Origin: a virus | DNA: 64,000 nucleotides | Strand: one strand, 5' to 3' | IMG/VR virus record: IMGVR_UViG_3300045988_146774 | Span: 1-64,000 of that record | Part shown: positions 44,301-53,200 of the stretch, one piece after another | Layout of the letters: every line of letters begins with the position of its first letter | How positions within the stretch are numbered: the stretch's first letter is position 1 | Translations under genes and position numbers: made by a program | Notes under the pieces: generated by a model | What the model was told of the DNA's origin: nothing | Seen by the model: only the letters and a program-made list of their open reading frames with translations | Databases searched by the model: none

Positions 44301-44552
44301 ATGAAAGATAAAAAGTTAATACCATATATATTCGGTCTTATAACTGGTGTCGTATTGTTACCGGTTACAGATGAATTATTAAATGTATTATACTCATGGA
44401 TTGAGGTTATGAAGATCAAACCATCTTCGATTATTGCAAAATGGAATGAAGAAGTCGCATCTAAAAGTGACGGGACTGAACAGACATTTGCAATAGGTTT
44501 TCAAGCACCTGATCCTGAATTAGAAGAATATTATGAAGACGAGGAAGAGTAA
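44301..44552 (+). CDS. small membrane protein
   Basis: SD AGGAG upstream. N-terminal TM LIPYIFGLITGVVLLPV and an acidic C-terminus. Confidence 0.6.
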   Translation: MKDKKLIPYIFGLITGVVLLPVTDELLNVLYSWIEVMKIKPSSIIAKWNEEVASKSDGTEQTFAIGFQAPDPELEEYYEDEEE

Positions 44553-44571
44553 TTACCACTCTTCTATTTTT
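44544..44571 (+). terminator. intrinsic terminator (ACTCTYC family)
   Basis: GAAGAGT-N7-ACTCTTC stem followed by TATTTTT. Confidence 0.6.
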
Positions 44572-44620
44572 GTATCCGAAATATCGGAAATTCAATGAAT
44601 TAAAAGGAGAAAAATAGATT

Positions 44621-44848
44621 ATGGCTACAAGTAAGCTTAGATTTACAAGAACTACAACAGATAAATTGACAGTAAAAGGTGGAGTGCTTTCTGAAGATTG
44701 TACTTCTATTTCATATACAGATGAGAATGATGTTGAGCAGGATATTAAAGTTGGAGATTTACTTTCAGCTTTTAAGAATGAGGTAATTGACTTTTCTGTA
44801 GCACTTAAAACAGACGAGGAGCTTGATGTTCCGGAATCCGAAGAATAA
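44621..44848 (+). CDS. hypothetical protein
   Basis: 75-aa ORF with SD AAGGAGA upstream. Confidence 0.6.
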   Translation: MATSKLRFTRTTTDKLTVKGGVLSEDCTSISYTDENDVEQDIKVGDLLSAFKNEVIDFSVALKTDEELDVPESEE

Positions 44849-44856
44849 GAAGGGAT

Positions 44857-46041
44857 GTGTTTGTTATAACTTCTTATAGACGTTTTAATGGAGAAACAGA
44901 CGAAGAGCTTATCTATCGAATCACAGGTGACAAGGATAAAATAGGTTCTTGGCAGGATGTGGCAGATATATTAAATGAGCTTCTTGGTACAGAATATACC
45001 GAATCAAAATTTAGAAAGCAGAGACAGGCATTTGATAAAATGCTCGCTGCGAATAGAAATAAATTCGTAAACGATTCTGCTCAGTTAGAAGAAATACGAT
45101 TAGCTCAGAGAGAACTAGAGCGTTCAAAGATACAATTTAGAGATGAACGCAGATCTTGGCAAAAACAGAATTATATGGATAGTCGTTTCGATGAAGTAAT
45201 GGATCTTCTTATTGAAAGACTTGATAACTTTGGAAAAACAGAGTTTAGAAGTTTTCCAAGACCTTTAATTGGAACAGGGAAATCAATGATTGTATGTTTG
45301 TCCGATTTACATATTGGTCAGACATTCCATTCCACATTTGGACAATTTGATTGTCAGATTGCTAAAGAACGATTGGATAAATACTTAAGTGAAGTAATTC
45401 AAATCGGCAAAATGAATATGGTTTCTTCAGTACATATTTTCTTGCTCGGAGACAACATTAGTAACTCCTTGCATAAGACAATTGAAGTTTCAAACAAAGA
45501 AAATGTTATTGATCAGCTTAAATTAAGTATTGAATATATCACATCATTTTGTCATGAACTTACGAAACATTTCGATGATGTTTACTTAGCTTCTGCTTCT
45601 GGGAACCACTCAAGATTACAGGCAAAGGATCTTGCACAGCACAGTGAACGTTTAGATGCATTTATTGCATGGGATGTGTGCAGAGTTCTTCAGCATATAG
45701 ATGGATTTCATTCATTGCTAGATTGCAGTATTGATGATGGAATTGCCAAAGTTGATATTTATGGGAAAGATTATCTTCTTATTCATGGAGATTATGATGC
45801 TCCTACTAAACAAGGGTATATGAATCTTGCGTCAATGTGTGGATTCTTCCCGGAGAATATTTTCTGTGGACATAAGCATTTTTGTATGTATAGTCAAGAA
45901 TCGAAATTCGTGCAAAGCGGAAGCCTTGCTGGTTCTGGATGTGATTATACAATCGAAAAAAGATTAAACGGAAAACCGTCACAAATGGTTTGCATTGTTG
46001 ACGAAACTGGATTACTTAATATTAGTCCAGTCATGTTATAA
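44857..46041 (+). CDS. calcineurin-like metallophosphoesterase with N-terminal helical extension
   Basis: Motifs CLSDLHIG, LLGDN, SGNHS, LIHGD and CGHKH appear in canonical order. GTG start. Confidence 0.8.
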   Translation: MFVITSYRRFNGETDEELIYRITGDKDKIGSWQDVADILNELLGTEYTESKFRKQRQAFDKMLAANRNKFVNDSAQLEEIRLAQRELERSKIQFRDERRSWQKQNYMDSRFDEVMDLLIERLDNFGKTEFRSFPRPLIGTGKSMIVCLSDLHIGQTFHSTFGQFDCQIAKERLDKYLSEVIQIGKMNMVSSVHIFLLGDNISNSLHKTIEVSNKENVIDQLKLSIEYITSFCHELTKHFDDVYLASASGNHSRLQAKDLAQHSERLDAFIAWDVCRVLQHIDGFHSLLDCSIDDGIAKVDIYGKDYLLIHGDYDAPTKQGYMNLASMCGFFPENIFCGHKHFCMYSQESKFVQSGSLAGSGCDYTIEKRLNGKPSQMVCIVDETGLLNISPVML

Positions 46042-46047
46042 AGTCGT

Positions 46048-46114
46048 ATAACAGCCCATACTACACCCGGTATAATTCAAACTCTCGTAAATCGGAATTG
46101 TATGGGCTGTTATT
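46048..46114 (+). other. long perfect hairpin (14-bp stem, 39-nt loop)
   Basis: ATAACAGCCCATAC (46048-61) pairs with GTATGGGCTGTTAT (46101-14). The loop contains TATAAT. Confidence 0.6.
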
Positions 46115-46205
46115 ATATATTTCTTGAGAAGAGATGCGACCATTAAACAGGCGTGTACTCTTCTATTTTTGTAAAAAATGATATGGAACGAAAGGAATTA
46201 ATTAA

Positions 46206-46484
46206 ATGAATAAAGTAGAATTAACAAAATCAGTTGCTACAAGAACCGGAGCAACGCAGAAAGATGCTGCTGTGTATGTAGATGCAGTTATCGAATCTAT
46301 TAAAGATGGTATGATTGAGGATGGAAAGGTTCAGATTGTTGGATTTGGAACTTTTGAAGTAAAAGAAAGAGCTGAACGTGAAGGTCGCAACCCACAGACA
46401 GGGGAAACAATGAAGATCGCAGCTTGTAAAACACCAAAATTCAAAGCTGGTAAAGCACTTAAGGATGCCGTTAACGAAGCATAA
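46206..46484 (+). CDS. hup: HU/IHF-family DNA-binding protein
   Basis: MNKVELTKSVA..., GFGTFEVKERAEREGRNPQTGETMKIAACKTPKFKAGKALKDAV is a textbook HU sequence. Confidence 0.92.
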   Translation: MNKVELTKSVATRTGATQKDAAVYVDAVIESIKDGMIEDGKVQIVGFGTFEVKERAEREGRNPQTGETMKIAACKTPKFKAGKALKDAVNEA

Positions 46485-46493
46485 TAAATTGGA

Positions 46494-47084
46494 GTGAATT
46501 ATTTGGATACTTTTACTTTTGAAAGCATTGAGGAATTTTGCGAAATGTTAGATGACGTACTTACAGATTCTACAGAAACCATTTCAGTTGTGGCGAAATA
46601 TAATGATGCAAAAGAAATTATTAAAGAACTTGTTTTATATGGATATGATTTTGGATATATTCACTTAGATTATGAATATCCAAACGAATATGAAGTTATG
46701 ATTATTAACGATCGTATTTATTGCGATAAATTAAAAAGAGATGGAGAATATATTACTTCTTGGGCAACTGCAATTTATGCAATGGAAGATGTAAATTCTA
46801 AGTGCATTTTAAGATCTTATCCTGACGCTAAAACAAAAATTCTTGTTCAGATTGAACCGGATGACGAAGAGTTAGGTGGTCATGATGATGACATTGACTG
46901 TGATATGTGTGAACACAAAGATGATTGTGATGTTAGATTCGTCAAAAACGAAGATGGTGAAGTACATGGTATGACTGTCTCAAGTTCTGATGGAGATAGA
47001 TATATTTCACATAGTATCTATTGTACAGATGCATTTGATCAGAATGAGATGCTAGATTTTCTTGCAGATATTTTTGGATTGTAA
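46494..47084 (+). CDS. hypothetical acidic protein
   Basis: 196-aa ORF with an uncertain start (GTG 46494 or TTG 46503). A terminator follows. Confidence 0.6.
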   Translation: MNYLDTFTFESIEEFCEMLDDVLTDSTETISVVAKYNDAKEIIKELVLYGYDFGYIHLDYEYPNEYEVMIINDRIYCDKLKRDGEYITSWATAIYAMEDVNSKCILRSYPDAKTKILVQIEPDDEELGGHDDDIDCDMCEHKDDCDVRFVKNEDGEVHGMTVSSSDGDRYISHSIYCTDAFDQNEMLDFLADIFGL

Positions 47085-47117
47085 GATAAATATTATTAGA
47101 AATATAGATTTTCTTAG

Positions 47118-47150
47118 GCATTATGAGCGTAAAAACTCATAGTGCTTTTT
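47118..47150 (+). terminator. intrinsic terminator
   Basis: GCATTATGAG-CGTAAAAA-CTCATAGTGC stem followed by TTTTT. Confidence 0.65.
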
Positions 47151-47505
47151 GACGTGAAGTTTTCTTTTTGTGATTACACTCATGTTTTACCTTCCTTTCT
47201 TAGAACCTGTAGGCGTAAAAACTTATGGGTTCTTTTCTTATGCAGCATAAATCCATGAGGTTTGGAACCTACCTGCTAAGTAGTGTGTACGTTAATTCGT
47301 ATTTGCTTCGAGTGCAATGTGCTGCGTTTTAATATTCTCTGTGGTGTTGTTTAGAGAATATATGAGTGTACTCATGATTGGTGTCGTAACTGATTGTGGG
47401 GAATTATGGAGAGATACGAAAGAAGTCATGAGCTTTCGGATAAGTGTAACCTCATTCGCACTTCTCTCCTGTTTTTTATTGAATGGGGAGAAATGAGGAA
47501 AGTTT

Positions 47506-48684
47506 ATGGGAAAACCAAGATCAATAAATTTTGATGTTAAAGATTATGATTATTGGGTTAATGAATACATACAGAAAAGTGAATTATATGGCAAACCGAT
47601 TTCTAATATGTATTTAAGAAAAGATGAATTTAATCTACCAGATTCACGATGGTATGTAAAAAATTGTCCGGATAAAACTATAACGAGTTGGTCTGAATTT
47701 ATAGATTGGTGTGGATTCATTTCAAAAGGCAAAACACCATCTAAAGAAAAAATGACGCATTTAATATATAAAATGCAAAATGAAATTGGTAGACCATTAA
47801 TGTATGATGACTTTAGAGGAATTGGTTGTTATCACCCTCCAATAAAATTTATTAATTTGTATTGGGGAACAATTAATAATATGAAGAAAGAACTTGGTTT
47901 AGAAATAATCAAAGATTCTATGTTGGATAGAAGTCTTTCAAAAGAAGAGTTTGATGCAATGATCATAGATATATGCTCTTATGTAAAAAGTGATGGTAGA
48001 AATTTTATTACAACTTCTGAAATAGACAATAATAATAATTGGCTTAATGCAGATTCTCTAAGAAAAACTTCTAAAAAATATTATAACTGTGATCTTCAAG
48101 AATTATTAAGCGAATACGATGTATCACTTGGCAAACAGGGTCGTGGAACAATTTTTAATTTTGAAGATGGAGAACATGTGACAAGTCAGTTTGAGTATAT
48201 GTTTTCAAAATATTTAAGAGAATTCGGATTGAAATATACGAAGGATTATCAGAGAGATGTTGATTATTCTTCGTTTATTTCTAAATATAATGGACGAATG
48301 AATTGTGATTATGTAATAAATATAAAAGAGAAGAAAATTTATATTGAAATAGCAGGAATTATTGAAGCTTATAAATCATATTTCTTTTCTAATAAAGCAA
48401 TAAAAGCAAGCAAATCTAAAGAGAATTATCGTCAAAAATTATTACAAAAGCAGTCTATGCTAAAAGAAAATAATCTTAATTATTTCATATTATTCCCATG
48501 TGATTTAACAAAAGAAAATGTATATGAAATATTAAATAATGATTCTGTTATGTTACGAAAAAATATAGAATCGTTTATTAAAAATAATATTGATTGGCAA
48601 AGGGTTTCTGAACGCGGAGAATTAAAGTATTTAGATGAAATTAAATGGGGACGCAATGTCATTGATTATAAAGAGGTAGTTTAG
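47506..48684 (+). CDS. putative nuclease: homing-endonuclease-associated-type N-terminal repeats plus C-terminal PD-(D/E)xK-like module
   Basis: Repeated L.....F..P....Y......SW.EF....G-type units (..RWYVKNCPDKTITSWSEFIDWCGF.., ..PIKFINLYWGTINNMKKELGL..). The C-terminus MNCDYVINIKEKKIYIEIAG resembles a D...(D/E)xK core. Confidence 0.5.
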   Translation: MGKPRSINFDVKDYDYWVNEYIQKSELYGKPISNMYLRKDEFNLPDSRWYVKNCPDKTITSWSEFIDWCGFISKGKTPSKEKMTHLIYKMQNEIGRPLMYDDFRGIGCYHPPIKFINLYWGTINNMKKELGLEIIKDSMLDRSLSKEEFDAMIIDICSYVKSDGRNFITTSEIDNNNNWLNADSLRKTSKKYYNCDLQELLSEYDVSLGKQGRGTIFNFEDGEHVTSQFEYMFSKYLREFGLKYTKDYQRDVDYSSFISKYNGRMNCDYVINIKEKKIYIEIAGIIEAYKSYFFSNKAIKASKSKENYRQKLLQKQSMLKENNLNYFILFPCDLTKENVYEILNNDSVMLRKNIESFIKNNIDWQRVSERGELKYLDEIKWGRNVIDYKEVV

Positions 48685-48708
48685 TTAATTGTACTACTTC
48701 TTTTTATT

Positions 48709-49680
48709 TTGAAAGGAAGTGGAAAGTTGGCAGAACGAAGCAAAAGAATACAGATATATGATAAAGAAAAAATGGAGCATATAAATCCAGAAACATTAAA
48801 ATTATTTCAAAAATATCAGATAGATATGTCTATTAGAGATTTATCAGAAAATAGCATACAGGCATATAATGCAGACTTAAAGCAGTGGTTCATCTTTATG
48901 TATGATAATCAATTTAATCTATCTGTTCTTGAAGCTACAGAAGATGATATTACTGAATATTATTATTGGCGAAAGCAAAAAGGCAATAATGTAAATCGCC
49001 AAAAAAGGGTCATGGCTTCAATCTCTGCATTTTATAAATTTCTCAGAAAAAAGAAACTTGTTGTAGAATCTCCTGTGGAATTTATTGATAGACCGAAAGC
49101 AGGACAACCGATTGCTGTACAAACATATCTTACAAAAGAACAAGTGCAATTAATGCGTGAAAAACTCGAAGAATATGGAGATATTCAATTGCAGTTATAT
49201 GCTTTTCTCTCACTAACTACAATGGCAAGAGTTAATGCAATTGCAAGTCTTAAATGGGATCAAGTTGATTTTGATGAAAGAATATGTAGTAACGTATTAG
49301 AAAAAGAAGGAAAAATTGTAGAATTAAGTTTCAGCAAAGAAACTAAAGAATATATGGAAAAATTGATTCAATATCGAAAAGAAAATGGTATTGATGATCA
49401 CGGTAGGTTATTTATTACTCCATATGTCACAGAAGACAAACCGATAAGAAACAGTACATTAAATGATTGGTGTAAAAAGATTGGAAATATGATAGGCGTT
49501 CCGACACTGCACCCACACGATTTTCGCCACAGCTATGCGACACTTTTAAAGAACGAGGGAGTTAGTCTTGAAGATGTATCTACTATGCTCAATCATTCTG
49601 GCACTGATGTCACGAAGAAGTTCTATATTAAGGTTGATACATCAAAAGTACGAAAACTTAAAGATAGTATTGATATTTAA
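48709..49680 (+). CDS. tyrosine recombinase / integrase (XerC/D-like)
   Basis: N-terminal SAM-like core-binding region, ARVNAIASLKWDQVDF (Arg I), HPHDFRHSYATLL (HxxR) and LNHSGTDVTKKFYIKV (His...Tyr). Confidence 0.88.
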   Translation: MKGSGKLAERSKRIQIYDKEKMEHINPETLKLFQKYQIDMSIRDLSENSIQAYNADLKQWFIFMYDNQFNLSVLEATEDDITEYYYWRKQKGNNVNRQKRVMASISAFYKFLRKKKLVVESPVEFIDRPKAGQPIAVQTYLTKEQVQLMREKLEEYGDIQLQLYAFLSLTTMARVNAIASLKWDQVDFDERICSNVLEKEGKIVELSFSKETKEYMEKLIQYRKENGIDDHGRLFITPYVTEDKPIRNSTLNDWCKKIGNMIGVPTLHPHDFRHSYATLLKNEGVSLEDVSTMLNHSGTDVTKKFYIKVDTSKVRKLKDSIDI

Positions 49681-49980
49681 ATAATTTGAAAAATATTTCG
49701 CTGATGGTGGAATCAAAAAGGTTGAACAAAAGTCCCTTTCTGATTTATAAACAACAATCAAGTCATAATATTCAGGTTGTAAGGATAGCATCATATGGTG
49801 TTCTAGTTAGAGAATATTATATTGAACAAAAATCTTCGAGATTTTTACTAGGGATTGTGCTTGCACAAAACTAGATTTGAGCTTATGTTATGACTGCTAT
49901 GCGGTATGGATTTGCTGCGATCCATAAATAAAGCAGAGCGATAAAGCGGTGCTTCACTACCATTAAATGTGAACCTTTAT

Positions 49981-50005
49981 GGAGAGTGTACTACTCTCCT
50001 ATTTT
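49981..50005 (+). terminator. hairpin plus T-tract (ACTCTYC family) abutting tRNA-Tyr
   Basis: GGAGAGT-GTACT-ACTCTCC stem followed by TATTTT. The tRNA starts at the next base. Confidence 0.5.
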
Positions 50006-50088
50006 GGGTAGGTATGCCTAGAGGCGAGGGCAAGGCTCTGTAAAAGCCCCACAAAGAAACACCGCAGGTTCGACTCCTGCTCTGCCCA
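50006..50088 (+). tRNA. tRNA-Tyr (GUA), long-variable-region type
   Basis: Acceptor GGGTAGG/TCTGCCC, anticodon loop CTGTAAA (identical to E. coli tRNA-Tyr), T-arm GCAGG-TTCGACT-CCTGC. The variable region is unpaired and there is an A-C mismatch at 27:43. Confidence 0.7.
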
Positions 50089-50092
50089 CTAT

Positions 50093-50182
50093 GACGCATT
50101 AATCCTAAATGGTAAGGAATTAGTCTTGAAAACTAATAGTAGCCGAGTAATCGGTGTCTCTGTTCGAGTCAGAGATGCGTCG
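50093..50182 (+). tRNA. tRNA-Ser (UGA), class II
   Basis: Perfect acceptor GACGCAT/ATGCGTC, anticodon arm TTAGT-CTTGAAA-ACTAA, variable arm GCCGA-GTAA-TCGGT, T-arm CTCTG-TTCGAGT-CAGAG. Confidence 0.82.
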
Positions 50183-50343
50183 TTTTTGTCATTAAAATGA
50201 CGTAAGAATGATGATAACATTCTGACTTTGGTAGCTCGTCACTGCTAATTAAAAATAAAATATTATAGTAAAGAAATAGGCATTTCATACTTTGTGTGTG
50301 GAATGGCTTTTTATTATGGAATAAATGAAAGGAAGTGATTATT

Positions 50344-51402
50344 ATGGCTAATTTACGACAATCAAAGACTGATGAAGAAATTAAAAAGCTAACTGTGAAT
50401 AATGTAAAAAAAGCATATCATGAATTGGCTATGGATTATAATCATCTTCTTGATTTAGATTATGTCTACTGTCCACATTGCGGAAAATGGAAATCTTCAA
50501 AAACTTTTTATACATCGAAGGAAACTAAAAGTGGCATAGAACATTTTGCTTGTAAAAGTTGCATTTTAGATATGTGTACAGATGTTGATAAAAATGGAAG
50601 TCGTACTGACAATAAACAAAAAACAATTGATACTTTTAGAAGATTGGATTGGAAATTTTCGGATGCTGATTATGAATCGCAATTAGATTCTTTATCAGAA
50701 GGAACAGGGGAAAAAATTAGAGCGACCGCTGCTCAACAGCTTATTGTTATGGTTCGTTCATTACCTCAATATCAGAATAAACATTGGAGTGATTCTGAAT
50801 TTGCTATTGATGATGTAGAAAATAACACAGAGGAAAATGTACGTATTGTGCAAAAGACATTACGAGCTGCAAAAAAAAGATTTGGAACAGATTATAATGA
50901 TGAAGAGTTAATGTTCTTAGAAAATGAATATCAAGATTGGATTTCAAGATATGATTGTTCCCAAAAAGCACAAGAAGAAACTTTTCAAAATTTATCAATT
51001 TTAAAATTGATGAAACGTAACGCTATAAGGAAAGGTGCTTCAACAAAAGACCTAGATTATTCCTACCAACAATGGCTTGATACTGGAAACCTCAAACCAA
51101 AACAAAATACTCTTGATACTTTTTCAGATGCACAGACAATGGGAACATTAATTCAAAAATATGAAGAAACACGCCCTCTTCCTGACGTAGATCCAGAACT
51201 TGCAGATGTAGATAAAATTGGTACATATATCGATGCGTTTTATAGAGGACATGCCTCAAAAATGTTAGGTTTAAAAAATAGATTTTCGAATATATACGAA
51301 AAAGTAATGGCTAAATATGCTGTAAAACAACCATCTTATGATGAAGAAACTGATAGTGAAATCTTATTTGATAAGATTTTTGGAAATAAAGAAGATGAAT
51401 AA
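50344..51402 (+). CDS. hypothetical protein upstream of terL (possible small terminase; zinc-ribbon CPHCG...CKSC)
   Basis: ATG 50344 follows AAAGGAAG. The function is inferred only from its position directly before the large terminase. Confidence 0.45.
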   Translation: MANLRQSKTDEEIKKLTVNNVKKAYHELAMDYNHLLDLDYVYCPHCGKWKSSKTFYTSKETKSGIEHFACKSCILDMCTDVDKNGSRTDNKQKTIDTFRRLDWKFSDADYESQLDSLSEGTGEKIRATAAQQLIVMVRSLPQYQNKHWSDSEFAIDDVENNTEENVRIVQKTLRAAKKRFGTDYNDEELMFLENEYQDWISRYDCSQKAQEETFQNLSILKLMKRNAIRKGASTKDLDYSYQQWLDTGNLKPKQNTLDTFSDAQTMGTLIQKYEETRPLPDVDPELADVDKIGTYIDAFYRGHASKMLGLKNRFSNIYEKVMAKYAVKQPSYDEETDSEILFDKIFGNKEDE

Positions 51403-51404
51403 TT

Positions 51405-53180
51405 ATGGCTACTTCAAAGAAAGATAAAAAGAAATCATTACAAGAAGTATATCATGAAAAATCTGAACGTGTTTTAGAGGGTGTTGCTTACTGGGCTTCA
51501 TTTTATAGAAAAAATCCGCAAAGATTTGTACTTGAATATTTAAATGTGAAATTAAAGTTATTCCAAAAAATATTGATATACATGATGATGATAAGCACGA
51601 ATTTCATGTATATAGCCAGCCGTGGTTCTGGTAAAACATGGCTAACTTCTTTATATTGTGTTGTGCGCTGCATCTTGTACCCTGGGACAAAAATCTGTGT
51701 AGCTTCTGGGTACAAATCCCAATCGCTAGAGGTTATTCAAAAGATCAATGATGATTTTATGAAAAATTATGGTTGGGGTTCTGCTAATCTTCGATCTGAA
51801 ATATTGGAAATATCTACTTCTATTAATAATGCCCATGTTGATTTCCGAAATGGTAGTTGGATAAAAATTGTTAGTTCTAATGACTCAGCTCGCCATAACC
51901 GTGCAACGCTCATAGTTGTGGACGAATTTAGGATGGTTGATTTAAATACAATAAATACAGTTCTTAGAAAATTCTTAACAGCACCTAGACATCCTGGGTA
52001 TCTTGACAATCCCAAATATGAACATTTGCAAGAACGAAATATTGAAATGTATATGAGTTCCGCTTGGTATAAATCCCATTGGAGTTATGAAAAATTAAAA
52101 GCTTATTATGCAAATATGTTAGATGATACTAAACGTTACTTTTGTTGTGGACTTCCTTATAATTTAGCTATAAAAGAAGGTCTTTTGTCTCGTGAGCAAG
52201 TTGAAGATGAAATGTCTGAAGCTGACTTTGATCCAACCGCATTTAAAATGGAAATGGGTGCTGAATGGTTTGGGGATACGGATGGAGCTTTTTTCAAATT
52301 CGATGATATTTCTCCAAGAAGAAAAATTAAGAATTCTTTTTATCCACTTGAAATTTATCGAAATCATAAAATAAAAATCCCAGAATTGGTAACTAATGAA
52401 CGAAGAATATTGTCTGTTGACGTTGCATTATTAGCAAGCAAAAAACATAACAATGACGCAGCTGCATTAATTATAAATTCTGCTATTCCTACAGATAAAA
52501 ATGATTATATATCAAATATAGTTTATATAGAAACACATGAAGGTATGACAACTGATGAGTTGGGAATTCTTACAATGCGTTTATTCTATCAATTTAAATG
52601 CACTGATTTAGTTTTGGATACAAATGGGCAAGGTATTGGTGTTTATGATTTTATTATAAAACCTCAGTACGATGCAGATTATGGCGTTACTTATGATGCA
52701 ATGACATGTATTAATGATGATAATATGGCAGATAGATGTAAAGTCAGAGGTGCAAATAAAGTTATATGGTCTGTAAAAGCAACTGCTGATTTTAATAATA
52801 AGGCAGCATTGGCTCTTAGAGCAGGTTTTCAGAATGGTTCTATTAATCTTTTGACATCAGAATTTGAGGCTGAAGAATTAGTGAAGAAAATTAGGGGATA
52901 TTCAAAAATGTCGTCTATGGAACAATCTATGCTTAAACTTCCATATATACAGACTTCTTTGATGGTAAACGAATTGATTAATCTGGATCACGAAATAAAA
53001 GGTACAAATATTAGAATCATTGAAAGACCAGGCATGAGAAAAGACCGTTTTTCTGCATTGGAGTATAATTTTAAAATATGTCAAGATTTGGCGTTAAAAT
53101 TAAAACCAAAAAACCAGTCATCACAAGATATTTCAAAACTTTTCTCTATACGAGCACCTAAAAAGGTAACAAGATTTTAA
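51405..53180 (+). CDS. terL: terminase large subunit
   Basis: Walker A-like ASRGSGKTW and Walker B LIVVDEF, followed by a C-terminal nuclease-sized domain. A portal-sized gene comes next. Confidence 0.85.
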   Translation: MATSKKDKKKSLQEVYHEKSERVLEGVAYWASFYRKNPQRFVLEYLNVKLKLFQKILIYMMMISTNFMYIASRGSGKTWLTSLYCVVRCILYPGTKICVASGYKSQSLEVIQKINDDFMKNYGWGSANLRSEILEISTSINNAHVDFRNGSWIKIVSSNDSARHNRATLIVVDEFRMVDLNTINTVLRKFLTAPRHPGYLDNPKYEHLQERNIEMYMSSAWYKSHWSYEKLKAYYANMLDDTKRYFCCGLPYNLAIKEGLLSREQVEDEMSEADFDPTAFKMEMGAEWFGDTDGAFFKFDDISPRRKIKNSFYPLEIYRNHKIKIPELVTNERRILSVDVALLASKKHNNDAAALIINSAIPTDKNDYISNIVYIETHEGMTTDELGILTMRLFYQFKCTDLVLDTNGQGIGVYDFIIKPQYDADYGVTYDAMTCINDDNMADRCKVRGANKVIWSVKATADFNNKAALALRAGFQNGSINLLTSEFEAEELVKKIRGYSKMSSMEQSMLKLPYIQTSLMVNELINLDHEIKGTNIRIIERPGMRKDRFSALEYNFKICQDLALKLKPKNQSSQDISKLFSIRAPKKVTRF

Positions 53181-53200
53181 GAAAGGAGGTATGGCAAAAC

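Noticed and set aside
49686-49874. 62-aa plus-strand ORF after the recombinase gene
   Set aside because: It has a TTG start without an SD, and nothing supports it as coding.
42357-50182. Suppressor tRNAs / stop-codon recoding as an explanation for ORF-free regions
   Set aside because: The anticodons read were UGG, GUA, UGA (Ser), a CAU-like loop and a CAA-like loop. None was CUA, UCA or UUA. Genes elsewhere are intact under the standard code.
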